64,000 nucleotides of DNA, taken from the NCBI GenBank assembly GCA_027604505.1, contig JADIIX010000053.1:1-64000 (forward strand), read 5' to 3'. Below are positions 51,111-64,000 of this stretch, piece by piece. This DNA is from Gonapodya sp. JEL0774. Lineage: Eukaryota. Within the stretch, counting starts at the first letter, position 1, and every line of letters starts with the position of its first letter. A program made the translations under genes and the position numbers. The notes under the pieces are model-generated. The model was not told the DNA's origin, did no database searches, and worked only from the letters and a program-made list of their open reading frames with translations.

Positions 51111-51265
51111 ATGGGATTCCGTCTCGTTGTTCGGTGAAGGATATTTAATTGCGTGACATGAAATCTTTTCCAAATTGAGGGGGTTTATGATATAATAAGG
51201 AGATGCCCCCCCACTACGTAAAACATCACACACATATTCTCCCAGTTTGAAAGACATAGGTTGAG

Positions 51266-52901
51266 ATGGGTGGAACCCTGGTACCACACCGTGGTCTACT
51301 TCGATTTGTCTTCATTTCTTCGATAGCGTTGCTCTTTCCCATCGTATCTGGGCAGAAGGTACTTAGCGTCTTACAATCAGTGGTCGCCGGAAGTTCGGGT
51401 AAAACCAGCTTTTCTGTAGGTGCAATGTCGCACAAGACTCAGAACTTGACTGATCTTGATACCTTCCTCGCAAGAATATTGGGAAGTTTGTCAGCAAAAT
51501 CGCGAACTCGCCGGCCCTCCAACCCATTCTCGAAAGCACATCGTTTGATGGAGTCATCACTGTATTCGCTCCGATCGACTCTGCGTGGGAATCTTCAGGA
51601 TACGATCAACTCGATGATGCCACCCTCGCTGAGGTCCTGAAGTCAGTTCATGAGCTCCAATCTCAATTTGGGAACCTTTGCTCAATGAAACAACCCATTT
51701 AGATATCACGTCGCTGCACGTGATTTGAACTACGTTTTTCTACCTCACGCTCCTGTTTTCATCCCGACATTTCTCGGGTTTCTCTCACCGTCAACGCTCA
51801 CTGCCCTGAGCCCACAGTGGATATTCGGACTGAATGAGTATGTCTCCTCTAAAGTCATGGGCAACTTCTCAACAACAGGCGGACCCCCTTCTCGCGGATT
51901 GGAGCCGCTTGATGCCTTTACTTCAGAGTAAGAAACAATGAGATCCGAGTTCCAATGCCATCCGCGATCTCAGCGGTCCCCATTTGTTCCTTCAGTAACG
52001 CACTCGTCTATGTGATGAGTACTGTTCTTCAAGTCCCACCGACGGTCTCTAAAGTCCTTAGCAACTATCAATCCGCAAGCACTTTTCTAAGCCTGCTTGC
52101 CTCAAGTGGGCTTCAAGCAAAGTTCGACTCACTAGCATCTCCTGGGGGAACCTTTTTCATCCCTATCAATGACGGCATCTCGTCGTTCGGCAACGGAGCA
52201 TGGGACATTAAAAACTCTTTGCTTCCTGACATTCTCCAGCGACATGTTGTTGTGGGGACCCAACGCCCGCTCTTTGCAGCCCGCCAGGCAGATCCCGTGG
52301 CACTCGGACCATTCCCGGAAGGTTTGTCAGGGTTGACAATAGGGGAAATTCGATCATATAGTACTCTGCAGTGAGTTTTGATGTCCTGCTCGGCATCTGC
52401 TCGCTGTGATGCAAGCAGGTTTTTACGAGTAGAGGTGTTCTTGTCACCGTTGCACGGCAAGCCGACGGGATATTCGTGAATGGAGATTCTCTTATTGTTC
52501 AGTCAGATATTCTTTGCGCGCAAGGCGTGGTGAGTTGTGATTCACCACGAAGCGAAATGATGTCGACTTACAACTCCTTTCTCTGCAAGATCCACTTCAT
52601 CTCAAAACCCCTCTCAACGAGCATTGGCACTGTTGTATCTGCAGCAATGCCAACCACTTCCTCATCTTTACCGTCTTCAAGCTTCGCCGCCTCCGCTGTT
52701 TCAATGGTATCCACCAGCAGCAGAGGGACAACGGTAACCTCCGGTGTCACTTCCCTTGCTGCGATGCCCACCACATCCGCTGTGGGTACTGCCGCTGGAT
52801 CAAATCAAGGCACTAAGTCGTCAGGCGCTGGCGCTTGGCAGACATTCCCTCCTTTGTCGATCTGCTTCCTTACTCTCACAATAGGGATATTACTTGCTTG
52901 A
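51266..52901 (+). CDS. Fasciclin (FAS1) domain cell-surface protein, probable signal peptide and GPI anchor (copy B)
   Basis: ITVFAPIDS..YHV, NALVYVM, GTFFIPIND..RHVV, DILCAQGV|IHFIS, S/T tail, hydrophobic C-terminus; exon structure matches copy A. Confidence 0.8.
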
Positions 52902-52995
52902 TGGACGCTTTTCAATCCTTATACGATTTATGAACGAATTATTCAATCAATATATCAATGAGAGGATTTCGTAATTAACCAAATTAATAATGGGA

Positions 52996-54475
52996 TTATT
53001 TTGTCACACCCTTCAAAAGTGACAAAAGACTCTTCGAAGCCTTCCTCGCAAGGCTCCGAGTCCCATTTTCCGTTCCAGTCGGAGTAGTGTCACTAGTTTC
53101 TTTCGCGTACGATTGTGGTTCCCGTTCTGGCAACGGTGGTAGATTAAATGTCTCGGCATCCTCGGGTACGGATCCATCCAAAAGCGCAGAACGTGCACGA
53201 TCAATAGTGTGGTTCAAAAAGCGCGGAAGGACATCGGTTTTCAGCATGTTGAGGACTTCATTCAGAGCGGGCAAGAAAACGTCTGGATGCGCGTTCTTGC
53301 GGTCATTTACTTCCTGGAGAATGGAGCGGCGACACTTCGAGCTACATGCGGAGTGAGCAATCAATCCATGTACGATCCACAAACACTGAAATGCTTCAAT
53401 CTCTCCGTCTTACCTGACATTTATCTCTTTTGGCGAGCCTGGTACTATAAAGGTTTGTATTAATTCCGACGTTCGTGTTACGATTTCTTGCTCTGGTAGG
53501 GATCGAGATGAGAGCGGACAAAGGGACAAATCGATTGATGTTGCGACTTGCTTATTTGCAAATCTTACTTACCAACTAAAAAAGCAGACCAGTCCTCACT
53601 TTTACCGTTCCACTCCACTTCATCTTCTTCCACATTGTCATCATCTAAAGCAGCACGAGATTTGTGCTTACCGCCTTTCTCCAAAGGGATTGTACCAGAT
53701 GTTGTAACAGAGCGCGACTGCCGCAGAGCGAAAGTCTGCAGTGTCCAAGAGTGCTTGTGGAAGGAACCTGTGTCATGAAGCAAAAGCATCTCACAATAAC
53801 GCACCCGATACTTGTGGAAGTCTCGGTAGAATTCAAAGGCTTCATAAGATTTTTCTTGCTGCAAGAAGTATTCAAAATCAGATCGAGAGAATGGTGGTTC
53901 AATCTTTGATTCGGAAACGGTGTTGACGGTTTTGCAAGCAATCAGTTCCTTGCGTTCGTCCCGGAACACGTTGTCCTCACCTCGTTATTGAGAAGTTTCA
54001 GCACCGTCGCTTTTCCATTCTGACGCATTGAGGTAGCCATGGCTGATAAAGACGCCATGAGTTTCTTTCCGTTTTCAGTGAGATCTGTAGCTCTCTCATC
54101 GGGTCCACGAGAGCTCTTAACAGATGTGGACAGAGACCGCTTCCGCAATGTTGGGGGTAAACTGCCGCTATCCTGCGAAGCCCTCGCCGATTTTCGAACC
54201 GGGTCCTCCTGATCCGCTGCCGGATCGGCAAGGATCTGATCCCCGTCCGGAACACTCCTGTAGCTATTGGCTTGCGAAGCATCCCGAAATTGCTCGGTGC
54301 TAGTATCGTGTTCAGCAGTTCGTCGTACCGACACACGGTTAGGAGAAGGCTGAAGAGTTAAGATAACCATGTGTACGGTTTCAATCTGGGTGTGCGCAAA
54401 GTTCTCCAACCCTACCGGAGGTTCAGATGGAGGAGGGGAGAGCGGAAGGGGTCGTTCGGGTGATCGCGAATCCAT
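52996..54475 (-). CDS. RGS-domain protein
   Basis: PPFSRSDFEYFLQQEKSYEAFEFYRDFHKY (F..FL..E.S.E...F) and HPDVFLPALNEVLNMLKTDVLPRFL (RGS C-terminal helices). Confidence 0.75.
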
Positions 54476-54931
54476 TCGGCCAGTTGTATTTGACTGTAAC
54501 CCTTCGTTTGTGATTCTGAAATATGGTGGTAAATGATCTAAATTCGGGTCGACTTCGCAGATCAGGGTACTTAAGTAGTCGTCTGCCTGTACATATCTTC
54601 ACATAGCCCCATGTATTGAAGAAATATTTCACGGTGAGATTGTTGGTTGAGGTATAACGGTGGAAATCCCGCAATCCGACGATGTATCGGAAGAACAATA
54701 TTCCGAAGAATGACGTATGTCTTATATGTAACAAATGCCGACTCGGCTGGGCCTAAGAATACAGACTTCTCAACAACTAGTTGAACTCGAGCTGCTCTAC
54801 CTTCAACTGTAGACCGCTAAAACAGCGCCGTAGCCGCACAGTCATCGAACAGTACGTCCAGTGTCAACATCGTGATCTGTTCCGTAGGTGGTTTATCGAA
54901 CTTCCGGGTCCACCTCCTGATCCAAGCAAAC

Positions 54932-57900
54932 ATGTCGGAAGAAAATGATCAGAAGCTACCTTCTACTCTACGAGATCAGCAATTTGCTCAGCTGAGCGCG
55001 CAACATGCGAAAGCAACATTGCGGAAGTAAGCATCGTTTGACTTCGCACAAAGGGCAAAAGTAGTCCTCCAGTATTCTCCCATTTCATTTCTTTAGAATC
55101 GATTTGAGAATTATGCCATGGTGAGAAGACCCAAACTGTTCGTTGTACCTTTACAACTATTCCACAACAATAACAATCTTCAGGAGTGCCCTTCTGTACT
55201 TGTTCAACGTGAGCTTGCAAAGACAGGACAGGATTATCTTTTCGATCTCATGCCCTTTATCCCATCTTTTTGACTTTCACAGTATCTCGACCGAACCAAT
55301 GTATCCAATATCAGAATTGCAAACATAGAAACTGGAAACAACATCCAAGCAGAGTTGAACATGAGCGACTCGCAATGGCAGGGCGCCATCTCGGTGTTTT
55401 TCGTAGGGTCTGTTAACTTCTTTGAGTTGAAACTGTTTTCATTTTGTTTCTCACTCGCTGGTTTGAACAGCTACGGTGGGCAGTTGTTCAACATTTCTTA
55501 TCACCCGTGTTCGGATTCTCAACCCATGTCTATCACCCGCGTTCGGATTCTCCACTCATATCTTTCCAATTCAAGTCTTGTTTGAGGTGAGGTTATGGCC
55601 CAGGAGTTAGGTTTCTGCTAGCACGGTACTGCATTCTCCATTTTCCCATCAAGCTACCTGCAAATCTCATGATCAAGCGTGTCGGACCAGCAGCGTGGAT
55701 GGTACGCGGTTTATCTGAATTTCTTTCGCTGAGACACTCTCTTATGTTTCCATTTTCAGGCCAGAATCATTACGGTGGGTGTTGGAAACTCCATCCACGT
55801 GAGAAGCTTATATGGAGAAACCCCCCTACCCTCGGCAGACGTGGGGAATCTGTGCGCTGGTGTGTATTGGTTGCTACTTAGTTTGACATATAAAACGATC
55901 GTGATCTGTCGGTTGTAGTGCGCCGGTTTCGTGCAGAACATGGCTGGGCTCTACGTTTGCCGGATTCTGGTATGGGTGTTGTGCCGACAAACTGCTCTTG
56001 CAATGCACACTCAAATCATTTCGGTCGAAGCTTGGAATCGCTGAAGCTGGCTACGTAAGTATAGTTATAAAACATATTGTTGTTTTCTTGTTGCTCATCT
56101 GGGCGGGCATTCTTCGTACTTCTGTAGTTTCCCGGGATGGTGAGAATTCTTCAAACACATTTCATGAGACATAGATCACTACAATCGACGGAGTTTGTCT
56201 CGTTCATTGAAATGTAGATGTTTTACTTCTCTCTTTGGTACACCCAGAAGGAGTTTGCGATCCGGTGCAGTGTTTTGTGATTATCCTTCGAAATACGGAC
56301 CTGTATGGGTCAGGTACTAACAAATGCTTCAAGTTACTGCTCGGCAAACCTCTCGGGTGCTTTTGGTGGTCTCCTTGCTTACGCTATAAGTTTCAGTGAG
56401 TTAAACTCAGCATGTACGTGTGGTGCACCTATCACTGGACACTGACCGAAACTCTAGTGAACGGAATAGGAGGATACTCTGGCTGGAGATGGGTTAGTAT
56501 ACACCGATTTGTTCCAAAACTCACCGCCGTCATACTTTACATAATGTGATCAATTTGGTCCTGTCGGTGGCAGATCTTCATTCTGGAGTGAGTCGCGCCA
56601 TCGTGCCGTACATCGGTGACTTGCACCAGCCCTTGCACTCATCCACGTGGTTACAAAACACACAGAGGAATCCCTAGCATACTTCTTGGTGTTGCTACGT
56701 ACTGGGTGCTTCCGTCGTATCCTCACACGTCCAAGTGGCTTACTCCTCAAGAGATACGGTGGGCTGAGGGACGGCTTGGAGCGAATGGTGAGACCACAAC
56801 ATTCACATCTCGAGCTCATTTCCCATAAGCTGCCTTTCTCTTGAAAGCACCTTCGGCACATGACAAGTGAGCGGTGATTTCGCAGTGGAGGGCGATTATG
56901 CATCCCCTACACATAAAAGTGTTCAACAATCGTAGAAATTTCGAGAAACATCAGTTCATAGCAGTTTTCAAGGATCCCCACACCTACGCGTTCAGTTTGG
57001 CGTATCTTGCGGACGTGATTGCCGGCTAGTGAGTTTGGAAGAGCTCGGTAATGTCGTGCTCACTGCCTCACACGGTGCGTGCTCACAGCGGGATGCTTTT
57101 CTGGCTTCCAACAATTATCAAGAACCTCGGATTTGTCAGCACTACGGCGCAGCTGATGACCATACCTCCATGGGTGGGTGTTGTGCTGCTACAGCTTTGT
57201 GATCCCTCACATGAACAGGAACAGTTCCGGTGTTGTGAAGATAGTGGCTTGGATCTTTGCGTTTGCGGTCTCTTGGAATTCTGATCGCACCGGAGAGCGT
57301 TGCCTGCACTTGCTCTTCTGTGAAGGGTTGTTCATGGTGAGGACTTCGTTTACTTCGTCTGAGGGTCACCATCGCAGTACAGTTATGCCACATTTTTCTT
57401 TGGTCGCATACAGATTCAATTCATTGTGTTTGCCACTTTACCCCCATCGGGCTCCTCCAACGGTGTTCTCTACTTCATGATCTTCTTAGGAGGTGAGAAA
57501 AGTGGACATAAGAGTGAAGCAACAGACATTTGAAAACTTTGGACGTTCGAATCGGGCTTTAGTCAGTGGCAGCGCAACGTGTGAGTACGATTGTGAATCG
57601 ATACCGACTATTCAGGGTTATCATTTCTCGGGGTTCCCACAACGCTATTTACTAGTTATCCCGCTGATCTGGGCTGTAAGCAACGTTGTCCACTTCCACC
57701 ATAAACCACTATTTGCACTCAATTTCTCAATTACTTCTTGTCTTTGTAGTGGCGCACATCCACCACTAAGGGCACGACTGGTAACGCCAGTAAGCAGCGA
57801 TGCAAATTTACTGTTACTTCCTCTTCACGTTTACCGATCAATACCTTTGTACGGTACGCATACAAATCAGCCGCCACGGGAATCATGAACTCGTTTGGCA

Positions 57901-58209
57901 ACATTGGCGGTGCTGTGGGATCGTTCATGTTCCGGTCTGACTGGGCTCCTCGGTGGGTGTGGATAACATTCACACGGCTCAAACTTCGTGCTTTTCACTC
58001 AAATACATGCCTCAAGATATATACCATCGTTTGCCATTTGCGCCGTTCTCGCCTTTATTTCTTGCGGTTTTGTTGCGCTGGAAGAGTACTTGCAAAGACG
58101 AGACAGGAGGAAAATGGCGTCACTGGAGGAGGAGGTGAAGAGAAGTGAGGAGCAGAGCAGCGGATATGCGGGGGCGTATGAAGAGCCAGGACCGGCATAC
58201 GTGGCGTGA
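54932..58209 (+). CDS. MFS transporter, anion:cation symporter / allantoate permease family
   Basis: Spliced KIDLRIMP, YLDRTN, VFFVGYVLFELPANL, LGIAEAGYFPG, WYTQKE..IR, GWRWIFILEG, FWLPTIIKNLGF..AQLMTIPPW, NSFGNIGG. Confidence 0.9.
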
Positions 58210-58704
58210 TAGAATATATTTTCTGGAAACGGTGGTGTGAAAAGAAGTTCGAGAGTGTGCTTCTTGATTTGAGTGTTGAAATTGGGACTGGCCGAGGGAG
58301 AGAAGTTGACATGCTTCTCTTCACCTCTTTTCTTTCTTTCTTTCTTTTTTTTTACAGAATTACATCAGCAGATTTCAATGTGAAAGAATGCAGAAAGTTC
58401 AAATGGTCCACAAGAAGGTCCCCGTTACTTCTCTGAGAGTGATTCAACAAAGAGGAAGTTCTTCCGGTGCTCTCCTCTAAACGTATCCGCTCCTAAACGT
58501 CACCGGATTATTAATTCCAAAATGCATTCTGAATTAGATCCGAAGAGTTATTGATACACATGTTCAACTTCCCTCCCAGTTGTTACCTCTCACGCAGAAC
58601 GTGCTAACAGATCGAAAACACTATTCCACCACATATTTACTCCTCCCACTACGCCAAAGCACGCATTTGTACCAGCTGCACAGCCCACCATACATAATCT
58701 CTCA

Positions 58705-60762
58705 CTACTGTGGCGCTGCGGTCTTGTACACGTCCCTGATCCGATCCGGGCCCGAGGTGGTGAGATGCAAGTCGCGGAGGAGACCATCGGAGACGCGGTA
58801 GCACCAGCCTAGAAGGTGATGAGTAAAAAGGGGGGATTTGAAGTGGGGCCGTAGTGTGAGCGAAGTGAGAGAATGAATTTACAGAATTGGGCGAAAAGGG
58901 CACAGAAAGAAGCTCGACAGAGAATCGGCCTTCGGCAGCGAGATCCTTATGTACTCGTCAGCAATCCCCTCGAGTTCACTCCAGATCTGCAGCCACGAGT
59001 AGGCCCTCGCTCGCTTTCCCTCGAGACGCACACCCCCCACCTCCCCATCTCCCAAACCGGACTGTCTTCGACTCACCGTGCACATTCAGCTCCCATCCCC
59101 TGGCCCAAGCATTCTGCACGATACTCGTGTAGCACACGTTCTCCACACTCCTCGCCACATTCAGTTCACACAGTAGGTCAGCCCGCGCAGTGACGTCAGG
59201 CATGGATTCAAGCTGGTGCTGGTGGATGTAGTAGAGATCCTTGATGGAGCGGAGCCAGTTGTCGAGGAGGCCGAATTGGCGGTTGCCTGTGGTGGCGGTG
59301 GGTGGTAGGACGTGGGACAATAGGTTATTGTGGAGGTTGGCCGTTCAAATGGGACCAGATGTTGGGAGAGAGTGCGGAAATGGAATTTTGAGCGCGATTG
59401 GCGTGATGAAAACACTCAATCCTTCGAATGCTCCAAGGACACCCCTCCCGTTACCCCACTACCCACCCATGGCGGCAACCACACCACCACACCCATAGTG
59501 TCCCACGACCATAATGTGTTTCACGCGAAGCACCTCGACCGAGAACTGGAGGACAGAGAGGGCGGACATGTCCGTGTGGTTGACGACGTTGGCAATGTTG
59601 CCTGAAGGAGGGTAAGAAGGCATGGGGACGTGAGTAATGGCGAGAAAGGGCAAGAAGGAAGAAGGTGGGGACAAGGATATTGGGAAACCTCATGTTGTGA
59701 AATTGATGCCGTCGTCCTTGCCCCAACTTTTACCCTTTGATCCGTTGCTCTTTCATCATTCACCTCATGGTGAGCTCTGAACATTCCAATGTTGTGTAGA
59801 TGATCGTTTCCGATGCCTGTCAATGCCATTGAAGGTGATTGATCCAGTTTCAGCTTCCCCCAGAGCCCAGAGTTGCTCCTTCCGTTTCCCGCTTTTCAAA
59901 AAAACCACCACACCTCAAAAACTCCACAAGCGGCACAGTCTAGTGACTTCATTTGTCGAAAAATCGCCACATTGATCACAGCCGGAACCGCGTGTCAACC
60001 AAAAATACTCACGGTGCACAAACACCTCGCCCGGTAATAATCCCACGAGTGTGTTGGCGGGCACGCGGGAATCGGAACAACCTGAAGAGAGAAAATTGGG
60101 AGATTGAGTGAGAAGCAGATCAAAAGTTAAGATGCAGGCAATAATATCGAAACATCCGATCTCGCAGTCCACTACTCAATCACACACTCCGACCACACTC
60201 GTCGACTTTCAATCACACATCTCCACAGAGCTTTTCGAGGTGACTCACCGATCCACAAGTAACTGGGCTCCTGCTGCTTGTCCAACTCGTCCAAGAATCC
60301 CGGCATCTCCCTCTTTGTGACTTCTGCCCAGCTCTTGTTGTTCTGTAAGAGTTCATCGGGAGACAATGTACGGTTTTTGAGATAAGATTGCGGAGGTTGG
60401 GAAGAAGAAGAGTGGGCGAGAGCGGCTTGGAGAGCTTGAGACGGGGCAGTTGGGTTGAGGAGGGCGTGGGAAGAAAGAGGGGAGGGCGGTGGAAGGAAAG
60501 GGTTTGAGCGGGAGGAAATTAGAGAGGTTGATAGCTGTGGAGTTTGCGGTGCCTGTGTGGCAGAGGCGGAGGAAGACGTGGTGTCTTTGGCGTGAGCGAT
60601 ATCGTTGTGGTGGGTGTGTGGGCCGGGAATGCCGCAGCCGCATAGGGCGAGTCGACCAGAGGAGAAGGCGCGAGTAACAGCAAGAGAGCGTGGGGAGAGA
60701 GAGGAGACAGAGGAGACGGAGGGGAGAGAGCGGAAAGGAATGGCAGCGAGCGAGATACGCAT
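58705..60762 (-). CDS. Beta-class carbonic anhydrase with a mitochondrial-type presequence
   Basis: [63 protein letters not shown]; Ser/Arg-rich N-terminus with RAFSS. Confidence 0.93.
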
Positions 60763-61560
60763 TGCGGAACTTATGAATTTCGATGGAGAGGAAGCGGCGT
60801 TGAGTTGCTATTGAGGTTAAGCTGCGGATTGAATCGGTGGGCAATCGATTCAGCGAATGGCGACGATGGCGGTCTGAACGTTGGGAATGGGATGTATCGT
60901 GCTCACCACTTTACTCTCCCAATTCAATTCACTAAGACCAGTCCTGTTCGCTCGTTTCCGGATGTTTCCGATTCGGATTCCGTGTTGAAAAATCCGATTT
61001 CCCACTGCTGTTCTTTATATGTCGTGAATCTATTCTCTTGCCTTTCGGTTTCCGCTGCCGATAAATCCACCATCACGTCATCACCGTCACCTCCCAGCCT
61101 GCCCTACCTTTTGCCCCACTGGCACCCTCACGAAAAAGCACGTCATCTGACATCATCTTCTTCCCAGCTCGACAATTGTACAATGTTCATTCTACATCGC
61201 TATGTATGGCTGTCATACCAATGCCGTCCCCGCAAACATATATTCGTGCTCTTTTCATCTTCTGTTCAACTTCGCGTTTCATCTATCCTTGGCGGCTACA
61301 TAGTAGTACATAGTAAGGCTCGGCTGGTAGATTCTACAAGTTTCTATGCAATCTCTTGACTTTTTCCACGACCTGGTGGCTGTGACGGGGGATGTTGTTC
61401 GAGTATCATAGGGGGAGAACACCAAGGGATGACCAACCCATTACTTGGGCACCTTTCAATGGGGACAGTCATTGCAATCTCAAATCAACCTGCCATCCTC
61501 TATTCCACCTCTGGCACTCCATCCCGTCTCTACACGTGTTCGTACGTGTCACCTCTCCGA

Positions 61561-63309
61561 TCACCCCTTCTCCCGTCCACTCTCCCCCGTCCACCGTTTC
61601 AACCCCTCCACTCCGACCAACGTGATCACTCCCTGCGGTCCCGCTCTCGCCAAGTGCGGGATGTACCCCTTGTACAAGGCGGTAACACCCTCGTTGCGGA
61701 TGGTCGTCACAAGACAGTGGAGCGACGAGCGGTAGTGCAGAGGTGCCGGCGAGGCCGCTTGCTGGGATACGGGGACGCTGTGAGATGCAGAGGTAGATGG
61801 CGCGGTGGTTGAGGACAGTATGGCTGGGGAGCGAGACTGATTAAGCATGCGGCTGAGAAGAGTGAGATCGGAAGGTTGGAGAATCGGAGTCCCGTGTGTG
61901 GAAGGAAGAACAGGTGTCGTGGTGGAACGTGAGCATCTCATCACGACGCAGAAACTCAAAGCCTATGATTCACTCTTTCGAATGAGCCACGTCGGGGGTC
62001 GCGTGTACCCAACCTGGCACATTTGGGATATCCGCCCATAGACATTTTGGAAATCCCGGTTTCCGTTCTGCCCGGTTTAGAGTTCTCTCATCCGCCATAA
62101 AACAAACCAACCCCAAACCCCGTCCTGAACCACCCACCTGTATACCACATCCACTGGATCAATCACGCTCACCACAGCCACCTGCGCACACCCGGCAGAG
62201 ATTGCATCCACAACATACTGCGGTGTCGAGGCCGGGAGACGGCGGCGGACGTGAGGGCGCAGGGTGGAGAATGTAGAGAGTTGGATGGAGGAGCCAGTCG
62301 CTAGAAGGCGAGTGGTGGTTAAAGGAACAGAAGACGAGTGAAAAATCTGAGTTGGGAGGTACTGAAATTGGCAGAGCGAATTTGCTTGTGTAACACCTCA
62401 AACATGCTTAGCCACTCACCAAATCGGATTATTCCGCTGTCAACTCCACGCCAAAGTCCGCGAATACCTTCATTTCGTCCAATGTGAGCCAGCGCCCTTA
62501 CGAACCCTCTGTTCACATACTCGTGTTGAGCGCCAACCACTCGGGCACTTTCTGCGCTGCTCAGGCGGATCCGCGCACTCTCTCTCATGTAGGACTGCTG
62601 TCGTACCTTTACCATCACCACGGGACTTCCCACCACACCACCAGCCGCCCCACACAAACCCCCCGCCAGCACCGCCGCCGCCCACTTGTTGCCTCCAGTT
62701 AGCCTCGTCCGTTCAATATACCGCCGGACGGGATCGAATAGACTGAGACGAGTACCGTTCATGGTTATTTGGAACGCGTATGCTGGTAATAAGCCCTTGT
62801 ATAGGGCAAGAAAACCTTCCTGGCGCAGGATGGTGGTGAGCGTGTGGAGGGTAGAACGATAGTAAGGGTTTTGAGGAGAGGACTTGGTTAAGGAACCAGT
62901 GGAAGCGGAGGAAATGGGAAGGGACGAGGGCGTGTTTTGGAGCTGCAGCCGCGTTTTGATGACTGAAATTTAATGGTTGCGGGGAGGGATAAATAAGTAA
63001 CCAAGACATGCCAAAATCAATACACCAGAACCCGGGTCGTCCGAATTACGCGTTGTCAGGACATGGTGTCCGGAGTGGCTCCCCTGATTCCAAGTGGCCT
63101 CTCCTTCGTTGCACTCCTGCTACATATACATAATCCAAGGAGTCCACTTACCCTCCCTGGTGTTATTCCGATGATCGAAACTCACCATCAAATGGCTCCG
63201 TGATAGTCACCCCTACACATGCCGCGGTTGAGGCTGTGATAAAATTCTTAGCGGCTTCGGCAACGAGCGGTGATGAAGAAGTAGCAGATCCATCCAGGGG
63301 GGAACCCAT
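61561..63309 (-). CDS. OAC1: Mitochondrial carrier, oxaloacetate carrier Oac1 / SLC25A34-35-like
   Basis: Exon 1 (from 63309) AACVGVTITEPFD|VIKTRLQLQ, LYKGLLPAYAFQITMNGTRL, GSPVVMVKVRQQSY..VGAQHEY, EGVTALYKGYIPHLARAGP. Confidence 0.85.
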
Positions 63310-64000
63310 GGACGAGGATTACCAGATGGGTGAAAATACTTCAAACGAATTTGAGATTTGCAGGACTCCGCTTTGGTTCGGGTTTGGCCCACCCCTTTTT
63401 GGGATGACCCCTCGAGGTATGACTCATCATCACAATCACCTGCTTCCTTCCTGCACACATGACCGTGATTGTACTGTTACCGAGCGAGAGATTTTGATCG
63501 CACAAGTGATAAGAGCCCATAAAACTCAACTGCAAAAGATCTTGTGCGAGTAAAGGTGGAGCAGGACTTGCAAAGCGCCTTATCACATTCATCTAAGCCA
63601 TCCATGAAGCTGAACTATTCGTCAGAGATTGGATTTGAAGTAGCCAGCAGTTCAAGGAGCGCACAAACGTGTATGAGCTTGGCGGAAGATTGTCATATGT
63701 ACCATGATATTGCGTATCAACTGACAAACGAAATAACCAAAACAATTGAGAATACGAACGATAAAAGTTTAAAGGGAAAAGACAGAGAGCCGCAGATGTC
63801 TATCGCATGAAGAAAAACAACAAAATGAAGGGAGAGAGTCAAGTTTCCAATAAAAAAGTCAATGTGGTTGACGAGGAGGTGTTGCAAAGGTGAAGGAAGC
63901 CCGTGAACTGTCTCAGATAGAGGAAGATCCAAGATGTTCCACCAACGGCACAAAGATGGCTCGGGGGTATATCTGTCCACTCCTATGCGGTGGCCAACAA

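Noticed and set aside
63330..64000. Short ORFs at the window end, including a DGLDEC (NACHT-like) peptide on the minus strand
   Set aside because: An isolated hexapeptide among stops; insufficient evidence and truncated by the window edge

Overview
Eukaryotic, gene-dense and very intron-rich DNA (short GT-AG introns, mostly GTGAGT/GTAAGT donors, several micro-exons). The genes mix fungal-type housekeeping (CDC4, MTD1, OAC1-like, ACS-family MFS) with genes absent from budding yeast (SMG9, CDK20-like, ALKBH7). This points to an early-diverging, probably zoosporic fungus (inference only). About 24 spliced protein genes were recognised by motif: ALKBH7, a four-module ankyrin-like protein, CocE/NonD hydrolase, ARPC2, ARF1, BUB3, MPV17, CDC4, SMG9, COQ10, GH26, ketopantoate reductase, MTD1, two FAS1 paralogues, CDK20-like kinase, LOG, DNAJC8, METTL2/TRM140, an RGS protein, an MFS permease, beta-carbonic anhydrase and OAC1. 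Accessory DNA includes a decayed Tc1/IS630-like transposase, a MITE-like inverted repeat, an RBR E3 pseudogene and an intact solo DIRS/Ngaro-type gag ORF. The most striking observations are: (1) a micro-exon cascade with a predicted 2-nt exon that rebuilds a conserved GH26 motif; (2) an SMG9 homologue mostly missed by the ORF track, with a degenerate P-loop; (3) the orphan gag; (4) the interrupted ankyrin module; (5) a CDK20-like kinase with a 171-residue activation-segment insert that has lost both partners of the APE salt bridge. All calls come from manual translation and remembered family motifs; no database search was run.
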